Positions 11,465-23,600 of a DNA stretch of 64,000 nucleotides are shown piece after piece. The stretch spans positions 186,001-250,000 of the forward strand of contig JAYWIR010000043.1 of assembly GCA_036172245.1 (NCBI GenBank). The letters run 5' to 3'. The translations under genes were made by a program, and so were the position numbers. Source of the DNA: Raillietiella orientalis. Lineage: Eukaryota. Each line of letters opens with the position of its first letter. Positions within the stretch are counted from its first letter, which is position 1. The notes beneath the pieces were generated by a model. The model worked only from the letters and a program-made list of their open reading frames with translations. It searched no databases and had not been told where the DNA came from.

Positions 11465-13252
11465 ATGCAGGCACCTAGAAGAGGAGTGGAGAGACCGTCG
11501 TCCCCCATGGAAGCCATGGAGGTAACGTGCGGCAACGGCGAGGCGGTGGCAGGCATGCCGAGGATCGCGCCCGCGGCGGGCTTTGCTGCGCTGGCGGCGG
11601 CCATGCCAAGGGTCGACCACGCGGCGACGACGGCGGAGGTCGTGGCCACGGCGGCGACGCCGAGGATCGTGCCCGCGGCGGGGAAGGTCGCGCTTGCGGC
11701 GGCGATGCCGAGGGTGCCGCCCGCGGCGTAAACGGTGGCGACGTCGAGTGTTGCGCTCGGAGCAGCGGCGTCCCAGGAAGGACCCGCGGGCATCCACGCG
11801 GTTCAGGGTGAGACGCCATCTTGTTCGGCTGCAACGGCGCAGCCCTTTTCGTATGCGTCGGTGGCAGCTGGACAAGCTAGTGTCCACCCACCAAGAAAAT
11901 TCGGGAAGCCGCTATGCGGTAAAGTCCAAAAGGTGGATCGGCCGATCGTGGAGTTAGGGCCGAATGTGAAGCCCATCATTTTCAAGACTGGGCTGATCAA
12001 GTTCAGTAATATCGGGGAGGTGTATCTGTCCCTCGATAAAACGGACATGAATTTTGATCGCATACAGGCCATCATACCAGCAAACAACGGGTTCACAGTC
12101 TTCACAGACTGTGAAAAGATTAGAGAGCGACTGATCCAGAACGGAATTCAATATAGAAGGGAGGATGGTTTGTGGTGTTGGCGAGATGCCGTACACAACC
12201 TTGTTCCTGAACGGCATCTCCGTCCTCACACCGGAACTAACGGTGTGGAACTTTTTGGAGCAATATGGGGAAGTTCTGGACCTTGAATTCCAGAACTTCT
12301 CTGGAAATATATTTTCCGGCGACATGATCGCAAAAATGAAGTTGAAAGAGGGAGCTGTGATCCCTGGATTAGCCGTTCTTGACGAACAATCCCAGGAAGT
12401 GAACGTGCGTTACCGGCAACAACCGATGTTCTGCACCGGGTGCAAGCAGTTCGGCCACAGGGCCGGCGCTTGCCCAACGTGTCGTTGTTTCCGCTGCGGC
12501 AAAGTAGGACATCAAGTCCGAAACTGCCCGCAGCCGGAGGTGTGCTCCTTCTGCAAGAAACACGGACATGCCAAATGGAGCTGTCCGGAGTTTGCACACT
12601 GCAGAAGGATTCGAGGTCTCTCTCCCGTGAGAGAGAGAAACACCAAGGAGGCGGAACAGCCTCAGAAGGCAGGAAGGCCGAAGAAGCTGAAAGAAGCCGT
12701 CCCGGTATCGGAAGACGGCTTCATACAGGTAGGGAAGAAAGGAAAGAGAAGGATGCTCGTCAAGGAGCAAGAAACCCCTCTTATCCTGGAAGGTGAAGAG
12801 CAAGAAAGCGAGAAGATGGAGGTAGCGGAGGAAGGCGCGGAAGAAGAAAGAGCCGAAGCCACTCCGGTGTCGCAGGAGGCCCTGCAATCTACGGAGGTGT
12901 TGGCATCACTGGCTAATGAAGTCCTAGAGGTGCAGAGCGGTCCCCAGCAAGAGAAAATCTTGCAGAAGATCTGCAATGCACAGGAGAAGGTCAACCAGGT
13001 TGTGGAGGTCACCGAGCGCGAAAAGCTAGAGGAACAGCTTCTCGACGTAAACGCAAACTTCTGCGCCAAGTACCAGATAGAGACGCTATCTCATAAACCG
13101 ATCGCGCAGCCGAACACTCGACGGAGGAGGTGGAAGCAACCGACCTCACTGGAACAGAGAGTGACGCCGGCAGCGAGAAGCCCGCTGCTTCTTCATTGTC
13201 TGGAAGAGCACGCTCTCTCAGACAGAAGAAGCTCAGGAAGGCCAAGAAATAG
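11465..13252 (+). pseudogene. ORF1 of family A copy 3
   Basis: TAA 11729-11731, the same +1 frameshift as copy 2 (~12147) and a further frameshift near 13110. CCHC knuckles present; one extra Ala-rich repeat unit. Confidence 0.85.
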
Positions 13253-13265
13253 GTCTTCCCTTTTT

Positions 13266-14255
13266 ATGGCCTCTTCCCTATCGACCGCCAGGAGGCTGAA
13301 CATCGCCTCCTGGAATGTAAGCGGTATGGTCGACCAGGGAAAAAGAAAAAGGATTGTGCGGACCATCGCACAACAAGACATAGTGTGCCTGCAGGAGACT
13401 CACAAGATGGGTCTCGAGATTAGTCAGCAAATGGAACGGCGATTCAACGGGCAGATTTTCTTCAGCGAGTGAGAACGGAACACGCAGGGTGTGGCGGTCC
13501 CAATCAAGAACAACTTGGCCCCCACTATTCTGGAAGTGTTATCCCCAACCCGGACGAATCATCGGCGTGCGACTGGCCTGGTCCGCTACTGTTCACCTCA
13601 TCCTGGTGAACGTGTACGGGCCGCACAGGCTAAAACATCGTTGTGCGGAGGCGCTGCATGCAGCACTCCGTGAAAAGGTTGCTTCCAAGGACGTCGTGAT
13701 TGTTGCTGGCGATCTAAACATATTGGATGAGGTCACTCACTCCGAAGACGCCAGAGGAAGGACGGCGTATCAGCGGTTATCCGACGAGTTCGGACTGGTG
13801 TGGCGAACTGCAAGTCACAAGCCGATCGATCACGTCCTGCACAGCACCGAACTTGGAAATCGCATCCAGGGTTTTCGAGACATTATGACCACGGTGTCCG
13901 ATCACCCCTGGTGCGGTTTTCCCTAAGAACGGAGAATCCTCGGCGGAGGCAAGGCACCAGGGCGGCGCTCATCAGCATGCCCGCCTGGTTCGAAACCCAT
14001 CCCGGACATCAGGCTGTCCTGGAGACGATTCTGAAGGCAACAACAATCCGAAGAGTCGCCGACTGGAACAGCCTGAAGCACAGGATACACCTGTTTGCAA
14101 ACATGAAGTTCGGAGATAGGCGCTTGAGGCAGGAGGCGTACCGGGAGCTGAACATCCAAGATCGCTCACTCTTAAAGTACTTCGATCAGTACGAGAGTCG
14201 GTACGTCTTCAAGAACATAAAAGGGGAAGTCGGCGTGCTGGAGAAGAGAAATCTG
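13266..14255 (+). pseudogene. Truncated ORF2 (APE domain and linker) of family A copy 3
   Basis: SWNVSG, CLQETH, NVYGP, AGDLN, IDH and SDHP motifs spread over ORFs 12165-13472, 13489-13926 and 13800-14348 by frameshifts. Confidence 0.87.
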
Positions 14256-15160
14256 TACGCCAAAGTACTTGAAACACCTGCCCGTGAAGATCCCCAAGCG
14301 GATCCAGTCCGGCCGTCCGGCCCACGCCGTATTTTCAAAAAGCAGTGAAGATGTAGGAACGATTGTGGATTTGTGTCTATTCTCCTAGAGGCCCGTCGCG
14401 CGGCGCAGCAACTCAAAGAAATCTTCGAGCACTGACGCCGGGGTGGACCCTGGGAGCAGGAGCAGAATGTCGTCGGCGTAGACCGACACGGCAGGCGTGC
14501 CGGGACACGAGCTTGGCAGGGTTGTAAGAGTCTCCCTGTATGCCCTCAGCACCACCTCGATGTAGATGCTGAAGAGCAAGGGGCTCATACTGTCACCCTG
14601 CCTTATGCCACGCCGAACCGGCTCGCCGTACACGTGCCGGCCGCTAAAAGAGATGTTTATAAGAGCGAGGCGCCAGCAGGAGCGCAGGTAGGCCCTGAAG
14701 ACGGCCGGGAACCCCAAGCGTTCCAGGAGCTCCAGAAGGAGTTCCTGGTCGACGCAATCGAACGCTTTACGCAGATCGACTGCGACCGCAAGGGCACCGG
14801 GCGCGGCTCTTCCTTGAAGTGCGTCCCCTCCCTGGTTAGAGGAGAATCCATGCTTGTCTTGACCTCCCTGGTCTTCGCTTTGTTGCAACTGCCACCATGT
14901 ACTGGCGAGGAACAGGTTGGCTTCCATGCTTCGTCCCGGAACAGCGTATGTCTGCTCCGAACTCACCACGGATTCCGCCACCCGTCCCAGTCGCTCAGCC
15001 CAAAGGTTGGCAAGCAGCTTCGCATCCGCATTCACTACTGTGATGGGACGCCAGTTGCCTAGGTTGCGATAGTCTCCTTCTTTCAGTAGGAGACGTACTC
15101 AAGCTGACCGGAACGATTTGGGGATGTCCCCTTGTTCTCGGATCAGCATGCAAAACCGAT
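14256..15160 (-). pseudogene. Reverse transcriptase fragment of a second L1/Tx1-like family (B)
   Basis: Minus strand reads GNWRPITVVNADAKLLA...DLRKAFDCVD...GIRQGDSMSPLLF...YADD...KYFGV with in-frame stops. It abuts family A copy 3 tail-to-tail. Confidence 0.88.
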
Positions 15161-15445
15161 GCTAAGGGGGGCCAGCTCCGCCACGAAGCCTTGATAGGAC
15201 ACCGCGGGCAGACCGTCCTCCCCTGGTGCTCCGCGCCATTGTTAGGCCCCGCCACGTATTGCAGATGCGAGCAGTCCCGACATCGGTCCCCGACACGGCG
15301 CCCTGCAACCTGCAAATGGGTGCAGGGTGGCCACACCTGGGAGGAGAAGTGAGGACAGAGATCGGCAGCATTCACCGCCGGTTCTGAGAATAGGAACGGT
15401 TAGACTGCATAGCCCTGTCCCCGCCCTCCCACCCAATTTCTTTAT

Positions 15446-16084
15446 TTATTGTCCCATCCCCTCCCGTTCCGAACTCTCAGTGTGCCCGTCCTGCGTTCCG
15501 GGGAATCTACTCTCCATTTTCTGTTCCCCTTGCCTGGATACGCAGTTCCCAGTTGATATTACGAATAAACGTCTCTGCGCAACCGGGTAATAAACGATAA
15601 CGCTGCATTCTTTAATTTGCTCGCTTCCCTGCTGTTTTTTCTGGCGGTACGCGAGCTTTTTGTCCATCCTCCTCTCCTTCTTTGATTTTTTGGCAGTAGC
15701 CACATGCACCCCATGCTCCTGACCGGCTCCCTCGACTTGTTGGGCATGTTTGCACATGACCTCAACGTACTGAATCCCGCTGCAGATGGTCATAGCGCTG
15801 AGCTCCTCTTTCACATCGAGAGCCCGCATCCCCTTCGAAAAGGCGCGCCCGCTCTCTAAAGAATATAGATTGCCTACCTTGTAGAACAATGAGGGGTTAT
15901 ACCCCTCCTCCACATAGGTGGACAATTTCACCGTGGCTGCAGGCGATGGCGCCGACACAACGGCGCTCCACGCCCGCGCTGCAGCGGGGACCGATTCTGT
16001 GGGGGCGGATGCCTCCACCTCCATCGCCTCTGGGGGCGGCGTTGCCGCTGCCCCCTGTCCATCCCTGGTGGTCCCGTCAGGCAT
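15446..16084 (-). pseudogene. Probable ORF1 fragment of family B
   Basis: MPDGTT...PPPEAMEVEA...ARAWSAVVSAP resembles the family A ORF1 start (EAMEV...SYASVAA), with a Lys/Arg-rich tail. Same strand as and upstream of the family B RT; a possible knuckle remnant (RCGHPAPIC) at ~15335-15310. Confidence 0.55.
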
Positions 16085-16175
16085 CGCTGCCTGATCGACC
16101 ACCGAACCACACGACGCTTGCACTAGGGGAGAGTTCCTGGCACGAAGAGCACCGAGAAAACACGTCCGCCCTCGA

Positions 16176-17480
16176 GCGCATAAGGCGTTCGGCTGCGTCG
16201 ACCAGGAACTCCTTTTGGAGCTCCTGGAACGCATGGGTCTCCCGGTCGTGCTCCAGTCCTATCTGCACTCCTGCTGGCGCAGCGCCATAATAAATATTGG
16301 TTTCAGCAGCCGGCACGTGTACGGCGTGCAAGTGCGCCGCGGCATCTGGCAGGGTGACAGCCTGAGCCCCTTGCTCTTCAGCATCTACTTCGAGTTGGTG
16401 CTGAGGGCATACAGGGTTACTCTGGCAACCCTGGCGAGCTCGTACGCCGGCACGCCTGCCGTGTCGGCCTATGCAGACGATCTTCTTATGCTGCTTTCCG
16501 GGTCAACCCCGGCGAGTGCGCTCGAGATCTTCTTCGAGTTGCTGCGCCGCGGGACGGGCCTCGAGGTAAACAGGACGAAATCGGGGTTACTATTCGCGGA
16601 CTCGACGCGGGCCGGACGGTCGGACTGGATCCGCTTGCGGATCCTCACAGGCAGGTACATGAAGTACCTTGGCGTTCCTTCGGGGGCTTCTGCGCTGCAG
16701 AAGCCTGGTCCGACCGTCTCCAAAAGGTGGAGTTGGAGATCGGCCCTTTCCGGGACGGAACGTTTTACTTGCAGGAACGGGCCGCGGTGTGGAACGCTTT
16801 CGCGGCCCCCCTCCTTCGCCCCCTAATTTTTGTGTGCCGAACACCACCACAAATAAGGACACGGACAAGGGGCCTCATACGGAAAGCCCTCTGGCGCAAC
16901 CGGAGGCCCCGCGTGCGGCTCAAAGACTTGTGCGCTCCACGCAGGGACGGTGGACTTGGTCACCTGACGTTGGAGCGCATGGAGCGACAGCTCCAATTAC
17001 GGAAACTTGCCCTTGTGGCAAAGTATTGGACCGCACCCTGGTGTGCACCCACAAGACTCCTCGCTCACAGGGCAAGCGGCTGCCAAGGATTGACCTCAAT
17101 CCTAGTAGCCAACGACCGCAGCCTGAACCATTGTGGGTTTCAGCTGCGGGATTTGGTTGCCCTGTTGAGAGACAATCCGTGGATCTCCTGCATCCCTGCG
17201 GACTGGACTACCTGGCTCCAGGAGTCGGCTTCCGCATGGGCCAAAATCAACGGCTCCAGGGACGAGGACTTCTCCTGCCTCCGTAGAGGCAAGCACGCTG
17301 GTCAGCCACTGCAGGAGATCGTCCGCAGCCCACGGAAACTTCTAGAGGCCTCCTTCACCCCCCTTGCCCCGTGCTGCCCTCCCTTAGGGAAGTTCGGAAC
17401 AGCCAGCATGAGGCATCGTGAGAAGTGTCCTGCCTCATCGGAGGCAGGAAAAAACTATTGAAGGCGTGGACGTCAAGGGA
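16176..17480 (+). pseudogene. Second RT fragment of family B, opposite orientation
   Basis: KAFGCVDQELL...GIWQGDSLSPLLF...YADD...KYLGV, then after a frameshift RPRVRLKDLCAPRRDGGLG (family A: RPRVRLKPLCRPREEGGSG). GC drops after ~17480. Confidence 0.87.
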
Positions 17481-19968
17481 ACTAGCACTAAAATAAGCAC
17501 CCAATCCCTATGGGCCACTTGTTGAACCTTCTAAAACAAAGCACATTAGATTGCAAACTAATGCATGTTTACTTCTGTTGCTTCGGATTCCTTATTTGAA
17601 GGTATCAAAAAAGTGAGAAATGGCTTCGAAAGCGCAAATTCTCCCTAAAAAACAGGAGTGTTCATCAGTCCATGAACTTATGAAGATATTCAAGCAAGTT
17701 TGCAGGGTCAAGATAAGTTTTATAGAGGCTTTCTGGCAGAAACAGTCACCTTCAACTCACGGCTGAAACAATGCATTTACCAAAGTGCAACGGAAAGCAA
17801 AAGATGTCTGTCGCTGATTGCCTGACGTCTGTCTCTGTTTCTTGTGATTTATATCTAAGATGCTGGGATATGCTTGGCTGCGGAAACTTTTGGCGTACCT
17901 CACTACACGTTGCTTTATGTTTTTTCCTTTATCATGACAGCTCTTTGAACTCAGTGGTACCTTGGCAGTGTCGTAAATAAGGCGAGAAAAATCTATCGCA
18001 AAAGATTTCTATCCGGACACGCTATGGACAGTCTAACTTTCCAATATCGTGAGATTCCGCAACCATAGATGGTGTTTATATTGGCTAGCAATCTGATTGG
18101 GACTTGAAAGTATTCCTGCCAATCGCGGCAAGCCTAGAGATTAATATTTCCTCGGACATCCACGAATGTTTCCTTCTTGACTTAGCATAGTCTCGCTGCG
18201 CCCGCAATGTGAATGTCTACTTGAAAAGAGGTCCATGCTCTTACAGACTCCTCAGCATATGAGGTATTTCTATCGAATACCCAGTTCTCAATAAGTTGAG
18301 CTTCTTCATTTAGCGCTTGTGAGATCGAACTCCACATCATGGAGATACGCATGCATCGCTTTAACTGTATGATCGACACAATATCGATCAAATCTGCTAA
18401 TTTCAGGAATCCCTGATTAGAGCAGTAATATTGCAGGCTTGCAAGTTGCGGACTTGCTCGGCAAAATCGAGAATCGTAAAGGTGCGCGAAATTTGTTGTC
18501 CAGTACAACAAATTTCGCATCGGGCTTCCCTGATATATGAGCTATTTCCTAGTTTCAGCCGCAGTGCTTCGGGGAAATATTGAGCGAAACATTGAGCTAC
18601 AGAGTAGGTGATATGTTCGTGATGTCTCACAATACGATAGCTACCACACTGGAAGAGAGTCTCATACACGAAACGTGTTTGCACCTGCTTGACCAAAAGC
18701 TTGCGTGTTGTTTAGAGCTTGCATGTTGTTTTATTTCAAGAATCTCTTTGTTTGCCCCGGTTTCGTATCAGATTCCAGTCTCATACGATTAAGACCTTGG
18801 CATAGAAATCACCTGAACGTGTTCTTAAGCTTTCAATGGATAATAAGTCCGGCTTGCCTGAACGCTAAAACTTGAACTGCAAGATAAATGATCGTCCGGC
18901 GGGCCCATTTTGGTTACAACTGACACTATGGGATCAGCCAAACGATCGGTTACGGTGCCTGACACGACAGTGATCAGCAGTTGCTTGCTATGGAGAGGGC
19001 GATAGCTATGGAAGTCAAAACCTGCTAAGAAATGTTTAACGAGTCTCCTGCCGAAACAACTAGCTCTAGCAACTAACCACGCAAGCGTCGAGCTCAGCAC
19101 TCCTCTTCGGAAGATTGCAAGTGCATCAGGTTCCGGTGAGTATAAGTCGTAACGGGAAAAGGGTTTGGGTGCGTTCCTAGAGTCGATGCCTCTTTGAGGA
19201 TCCTGGTGGTAACAAACATTCTATGAAATTCTAAACATCTGATGCGAAGGTTTCCATGCAAACAGCTATTGTGCAGTCTATCCTTAGTCCCGGAGAAATC
19301 TTTTGGTTTCTGATTCTCATCTTTGCTATAGATTGTGCAGCTGAATCTCTTGAGCATGTCGCTGATATTAATATTTCTCAGTTCCAGGGATCTGTGCTGC
19401 CTCTTCTAATCTGCACTGCCTTCTTAGGATCATCAGTACAATCCACACTTGCTAGCGAAAACATCAATTTAATGTTTTCAGCTTCAATTCGTCGGTGCTC
19501 ACATGACCGAGAATTTTAGAGATTACACCAAATTGTTTTGCCATTCCTCCTTTACAATGGAAACGCCATCTGCGCTTCCCTCTTCGTATTCTTAGCACGT
19601 ATCCTACCCGTAAACCTTTGTTCACTATTGCACCATCATCGATACTACATGTCCGACTTTTTAGCATGAGATCCTGCATTTTTATGCTTCAAATGCAATA
19701 GCCGCATCGAGAAGTGCTCGTTGTCATGGTCTGATCTTACAAGCATCGAAAAGGTGCTGTGAATAAACGTTTCTCGCGATGCCTTCAGAAACTGTCACTG
19801 ATCGCCCTCAGTGGGCAACCTTGATTTTGTGCATGTTTCTGCGGCTTTATTGGGATTAGTTATGCTCTATCTTTAAACAGCCGTCTTTAGCTATAAAATT
19901 CATCAAAAGAACCCAAATGTTTCAACTATGGATGGTTTCACGATGTAAACAAAAGGTCAACATTACTT

Positions 19969-20010
19969 CATTAACACAACTTTACTTTACTTTACATTAA
20001 CACAACACAA
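19969..20010. repeat. Short duplication plus microsatellite next to the U2 fragment
   Basis: cattaacacaac occurs at 19969-19980 and 19995-20006, around (tttac)3. Confidence 0.7.
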
Positions 20011-20035
20011 TCTTAGCCAAAAGGCCGAGAAGCGA
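20010..20035 (-). pseudogene. U2: U2 snRNA 5' fragment
   Basis: Reverse complement is TCGCTTCTCGGCCTTTTGGCTAAGAT, identical to nt 2-27 of canonical metazoan U2 as I recall it. The rest of U2 (Sm site, 3' stems) is absent. Confidence 0.85.
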
Positions 20036-20384
20036 AGTCGTCATTAGTAGACTACTTTTTGAGATCCCCACCAATGTAAAACTTTTATTGTGATCTGAGA
20101 TGAGCACTTATTTTCAGGTTTCTTACAAAGGAACCAAGTGATTTTCACTTGGTGGGAATAATCGAACTGAATTACTCAACATCATGGCCTTAATCAATAT
20201 GGATTCTGTGACACAACCGTGATGCAACTGTCTTCAGATACCTCCCCAGGGCAACGTATGGCTCTTGCTTGCATCCTACATGCAAGTCTACTGTGACTCC
20301 ATATGTAGCATATTAATTGCATTCATGAACACACTGAGATCAGCGATTCGTGAAATTATCAGGAAAAGCGATGTTCTTATAGGA

Positions 20385-20640
20385 AAAACACGAAAATGAA
20401 AATTAACGCATTAATAGGAAAACGCAGAAAAATAGTAATTGATGAGGCATTATTTGAAAACAGAGGATATAACAAACGAGAACCTGAAGCAATGCACGTG
20501 GAGACAGTATAACGATCTTCCAAGGCCGGGATGATGAAAGGCAATGCTCCACTAGGGTGAGTACACTGTACACCTGCTCTCTTATTAACTGATAATAGGA
20601 AAATGGATTTATAGAGAAACAACGCAGTAGTTTTCTGGGT
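20385..20640 (+). mobile_element. Possible decayed Merlin/ISXO2-like DDE transposase fragment
   Basis: IGKRRKIVIDEALFENRGYNKR resembles the Merlin motif IGG..IVEIDESKFGKRKYNRG. Downstream IIGKWIYRETT resembles IIKKWI.PGTTI. Stops and frameshifts lie between; by-eye match only. Confidence 0.45.
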
Positions 20641-23600
20641 TCTATCTGCAGGACCGATTGGTTATCGATAACCTTCGTTACAAATATCCACGGATCCTAA
20701 TTTTATGTATTAGATAAGTCACATTTCTGATACTCTGAATTACAATTTTCTAATTTGTTACCAATTAGTTCCACCCTACAAAGAACACATCCTACTGATA
20801 ACTGAAATTCATTCCATCTCTGATGTATTTAAATAATGTATATTGTGCTAAAGGTTGCATATTGATGTCAGCCAGAAATACACACACAGCAACAATAATG
20901 ACTGTCATCTCTAATTTAACACTAGACCTCTGAAATAACAATAATTTCACATGACAACCAAAAACCAACTTGAAATAAACTTTGGGAATGTTTGCCTGAA
21001 AGCTGCAGCAAATTTTTGATTGTCAAAGCATACCTTGCATCAACATGCATTTTTCATGTCTTTGTCATTTGATGCTTCCAATGTCATAGACAGAGCTTCT
21101 GAGGTAAACGTGAGTTAACCTCTACCAACCAAAGAGACTTATAATTTATATGAAAACTGGGACTTGAAAACTTGTTTAAAGAAAGTTAAGCAAAGGAACA
21201 AGTTGAATTTCAAATCACAGAAAAGATAGCTGCCAATTACCATTTGTGGGGATATGATAGCAAAGGGAAAATAAGAAACATTTAATCACAAATTTTATTA
21301 GAACATGTAAAAGAATGTACCAAGGATTTTCTAAAGAAAAAATTAAACATAGCTCTGATGCACACAAGTGATCTCAACAGTCAATCTTCAATGCTGTTCA
21401 ATGTAGGAGCTGATATTACTGTTGTTTACTTGCTCATATTGGTTGTTTCCAAGAGAAAATACCACTTCATTAATATGCTACACCGTTATCTATATCCTAT
21501 CCAAATCAAAATGTCTTTCTTTTCATTCTTTTTAAAAATATCACTATCACAATATAATTCTGGCTACATTTGAATACCGAATCTTTCTTCTGATTAGAAT
21601 CAAAGTGTGGCACAACATCACCTTTTTTTTTGGAATTTCTTCAAACAAATGTTTTCCTTAAAAAATACAACCAAAGATCACTTACTATAAGTATATCAAG
21701 AATTCCGGTTATTCAAACTTCTTCATCATTCTAGCTTTTCAACCAACTGCAAAAATCCACATCACTTAAATATTCACATGTTTAAGATGATGGCCAATAA
21801 TCTTAGAAGTGGAATCATGTGCTTCAAACATAAAATCAGATTGCAGGGTTAGCAAACTGTTTATAAAAAATTCTAGGTTTACTGCAAAGTTAAAAACTGC
21901 GATGAATAACAAAGGACAATATGAAACGGACCAAATAATAAACAATGCTTCAAATAACTTTCATAACTTAATATAACTACAATCTTTAGTGAAATCCATA
22001 TACATTAAATGCAAATATAATACAGCAAATTTATGAGATAAGAAAAAAAGTATTTTGTGAACTTGAACTCAGTTCTTCTTAGAGGTATTTTCTTAGGTTA
22101 AGCATCATACAACCTCAGTGAAAAACATCATCAGAGTCCATACTAATAACATATGGAATATAATAATGCTATAAACTGAATGGAAATTAATGCATTAATC
22201 TTACCATATCAGAGCTCTTGATCCAATCTCATATCATGAGCAGCACAATTCATATTAAACAACGAATATTGGTTGTGTGCACACATATCTCATCCTATCT
22301 TGTCTACATGGTCATTATGTTCATAAGACATTTCTTAATCAACAACATACATAAACAAATTTTTTCAGTTGTTGAATAACCTTTGTTGTTGGCATATCTA
22401 TTTTTGCAGCATCCTTCTACAATTACAGACAGACATCCAGCACATATTAAATTTTCCTTAGATGACTATTCCATATTCCAGAATACATCATTCTTAAAAT
22501 ATACAATTCCCTCCTCTTTATTGGCTGTTTTATAATAATTTTGATACATATCTACTAAGACGATTTTGTGATAATGACTTCACATTAGTTGAAAATAAGG
22601 ACAGGGAAATGTAAAAACTACTGAGCAAACACTGTTGATTCCATGCAAGCATGGTAAGGATTTGAAAAACACCAAAATTTTATGCTCCAATACGTTGAGT
22701 AATGCATTTAACTGATCACAATTTAACCAATCCAACTGACTAACGAGTTGTTAAAACTGACTAACCCACATCAATACAGTATGTCACCGATGAGGCTTTA
22801 AATACGTGAATAACTGAAGTATAATCGCAACACTTGGGATCAGGAAAGAACTCACATTAGAGTTTAGGAAATTTCATGATTAATAAGCAGTTGGAAATTA
22901 TAACTTAAGTATGCTTACAACGGCTACACAATGATTATTAATATATATACATGTTGAAATAAACGAAACTGAATTCTGATAAGCAGCTCCCCAAAACAGG
23001 CGACTAAGAAATCAAATCGTAGTATTGTATAATCTAGGCGTGTGAATAACTGAAACTCATGCATTAGATAAGCAGCGAAAGTTGCACTTCAATAAAATAT
23101 AACTTTCGCAGCATTTTCTTTGTCAGGTACTCTTGTGTTGCACATTATTAAAAAACAATGATGGCAATACAAAATACCTGAAATCAAATACAATATCACT
23201 TCGGTTGGGGAGAAGTTCCTGTTACCCTTAACCTCCTCATGCGACTGCACCGGAAGCAGTAGCTGCCAGTACCAACATGCATTTGATTCTCAAAAGTTGA
23301 TGTTATTTGTCATAGAGTTGATGTAGGAACATCAAGTAGAAAGGCTCTTTGAACGCAAATGTTTCACATGAACCATAAACCAAGTCCACATGCTTAGGAT
23401 GCTATAGAGATGCCATAATCCTGCTTTTAAATGTATATAATTTTTTTAACGGTTCTAAGCTTCGATACAACGGGTTATACTCTTTTGTTAAACATAGCAC
23501 TGAGATAGAATCAAAGCAGCGTCAAACATTTCAGGAACAAATTCAGGAGCGAGCCACCTATGACAAAAGCAATCTGAATATATTTGCCTCATATCAACCA

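Larger units (their letters stand above)
11283..14255 (+). mobile_element. Non-LTR retrotransposon family A, copy 3, 3'-truncated
   Basis: Third direct repeat. Similarity to copy 2 ends at gagaagagaaatctg (14255), after the APE domain and before the RT. Confidence 0.92.

Noticed and set aside
12165..13472. Natural ORF1-ORF2 fusion in copy 3
   Set aside because: Caused by a private 1-nt deletion near 13110 in an already disrupted copy.
14256..17480. Twin-priming 5' inversion of a single family B insertion
   Set aside because: The two arms overlap by ~500 bp and are too diverged to come from one RNA.
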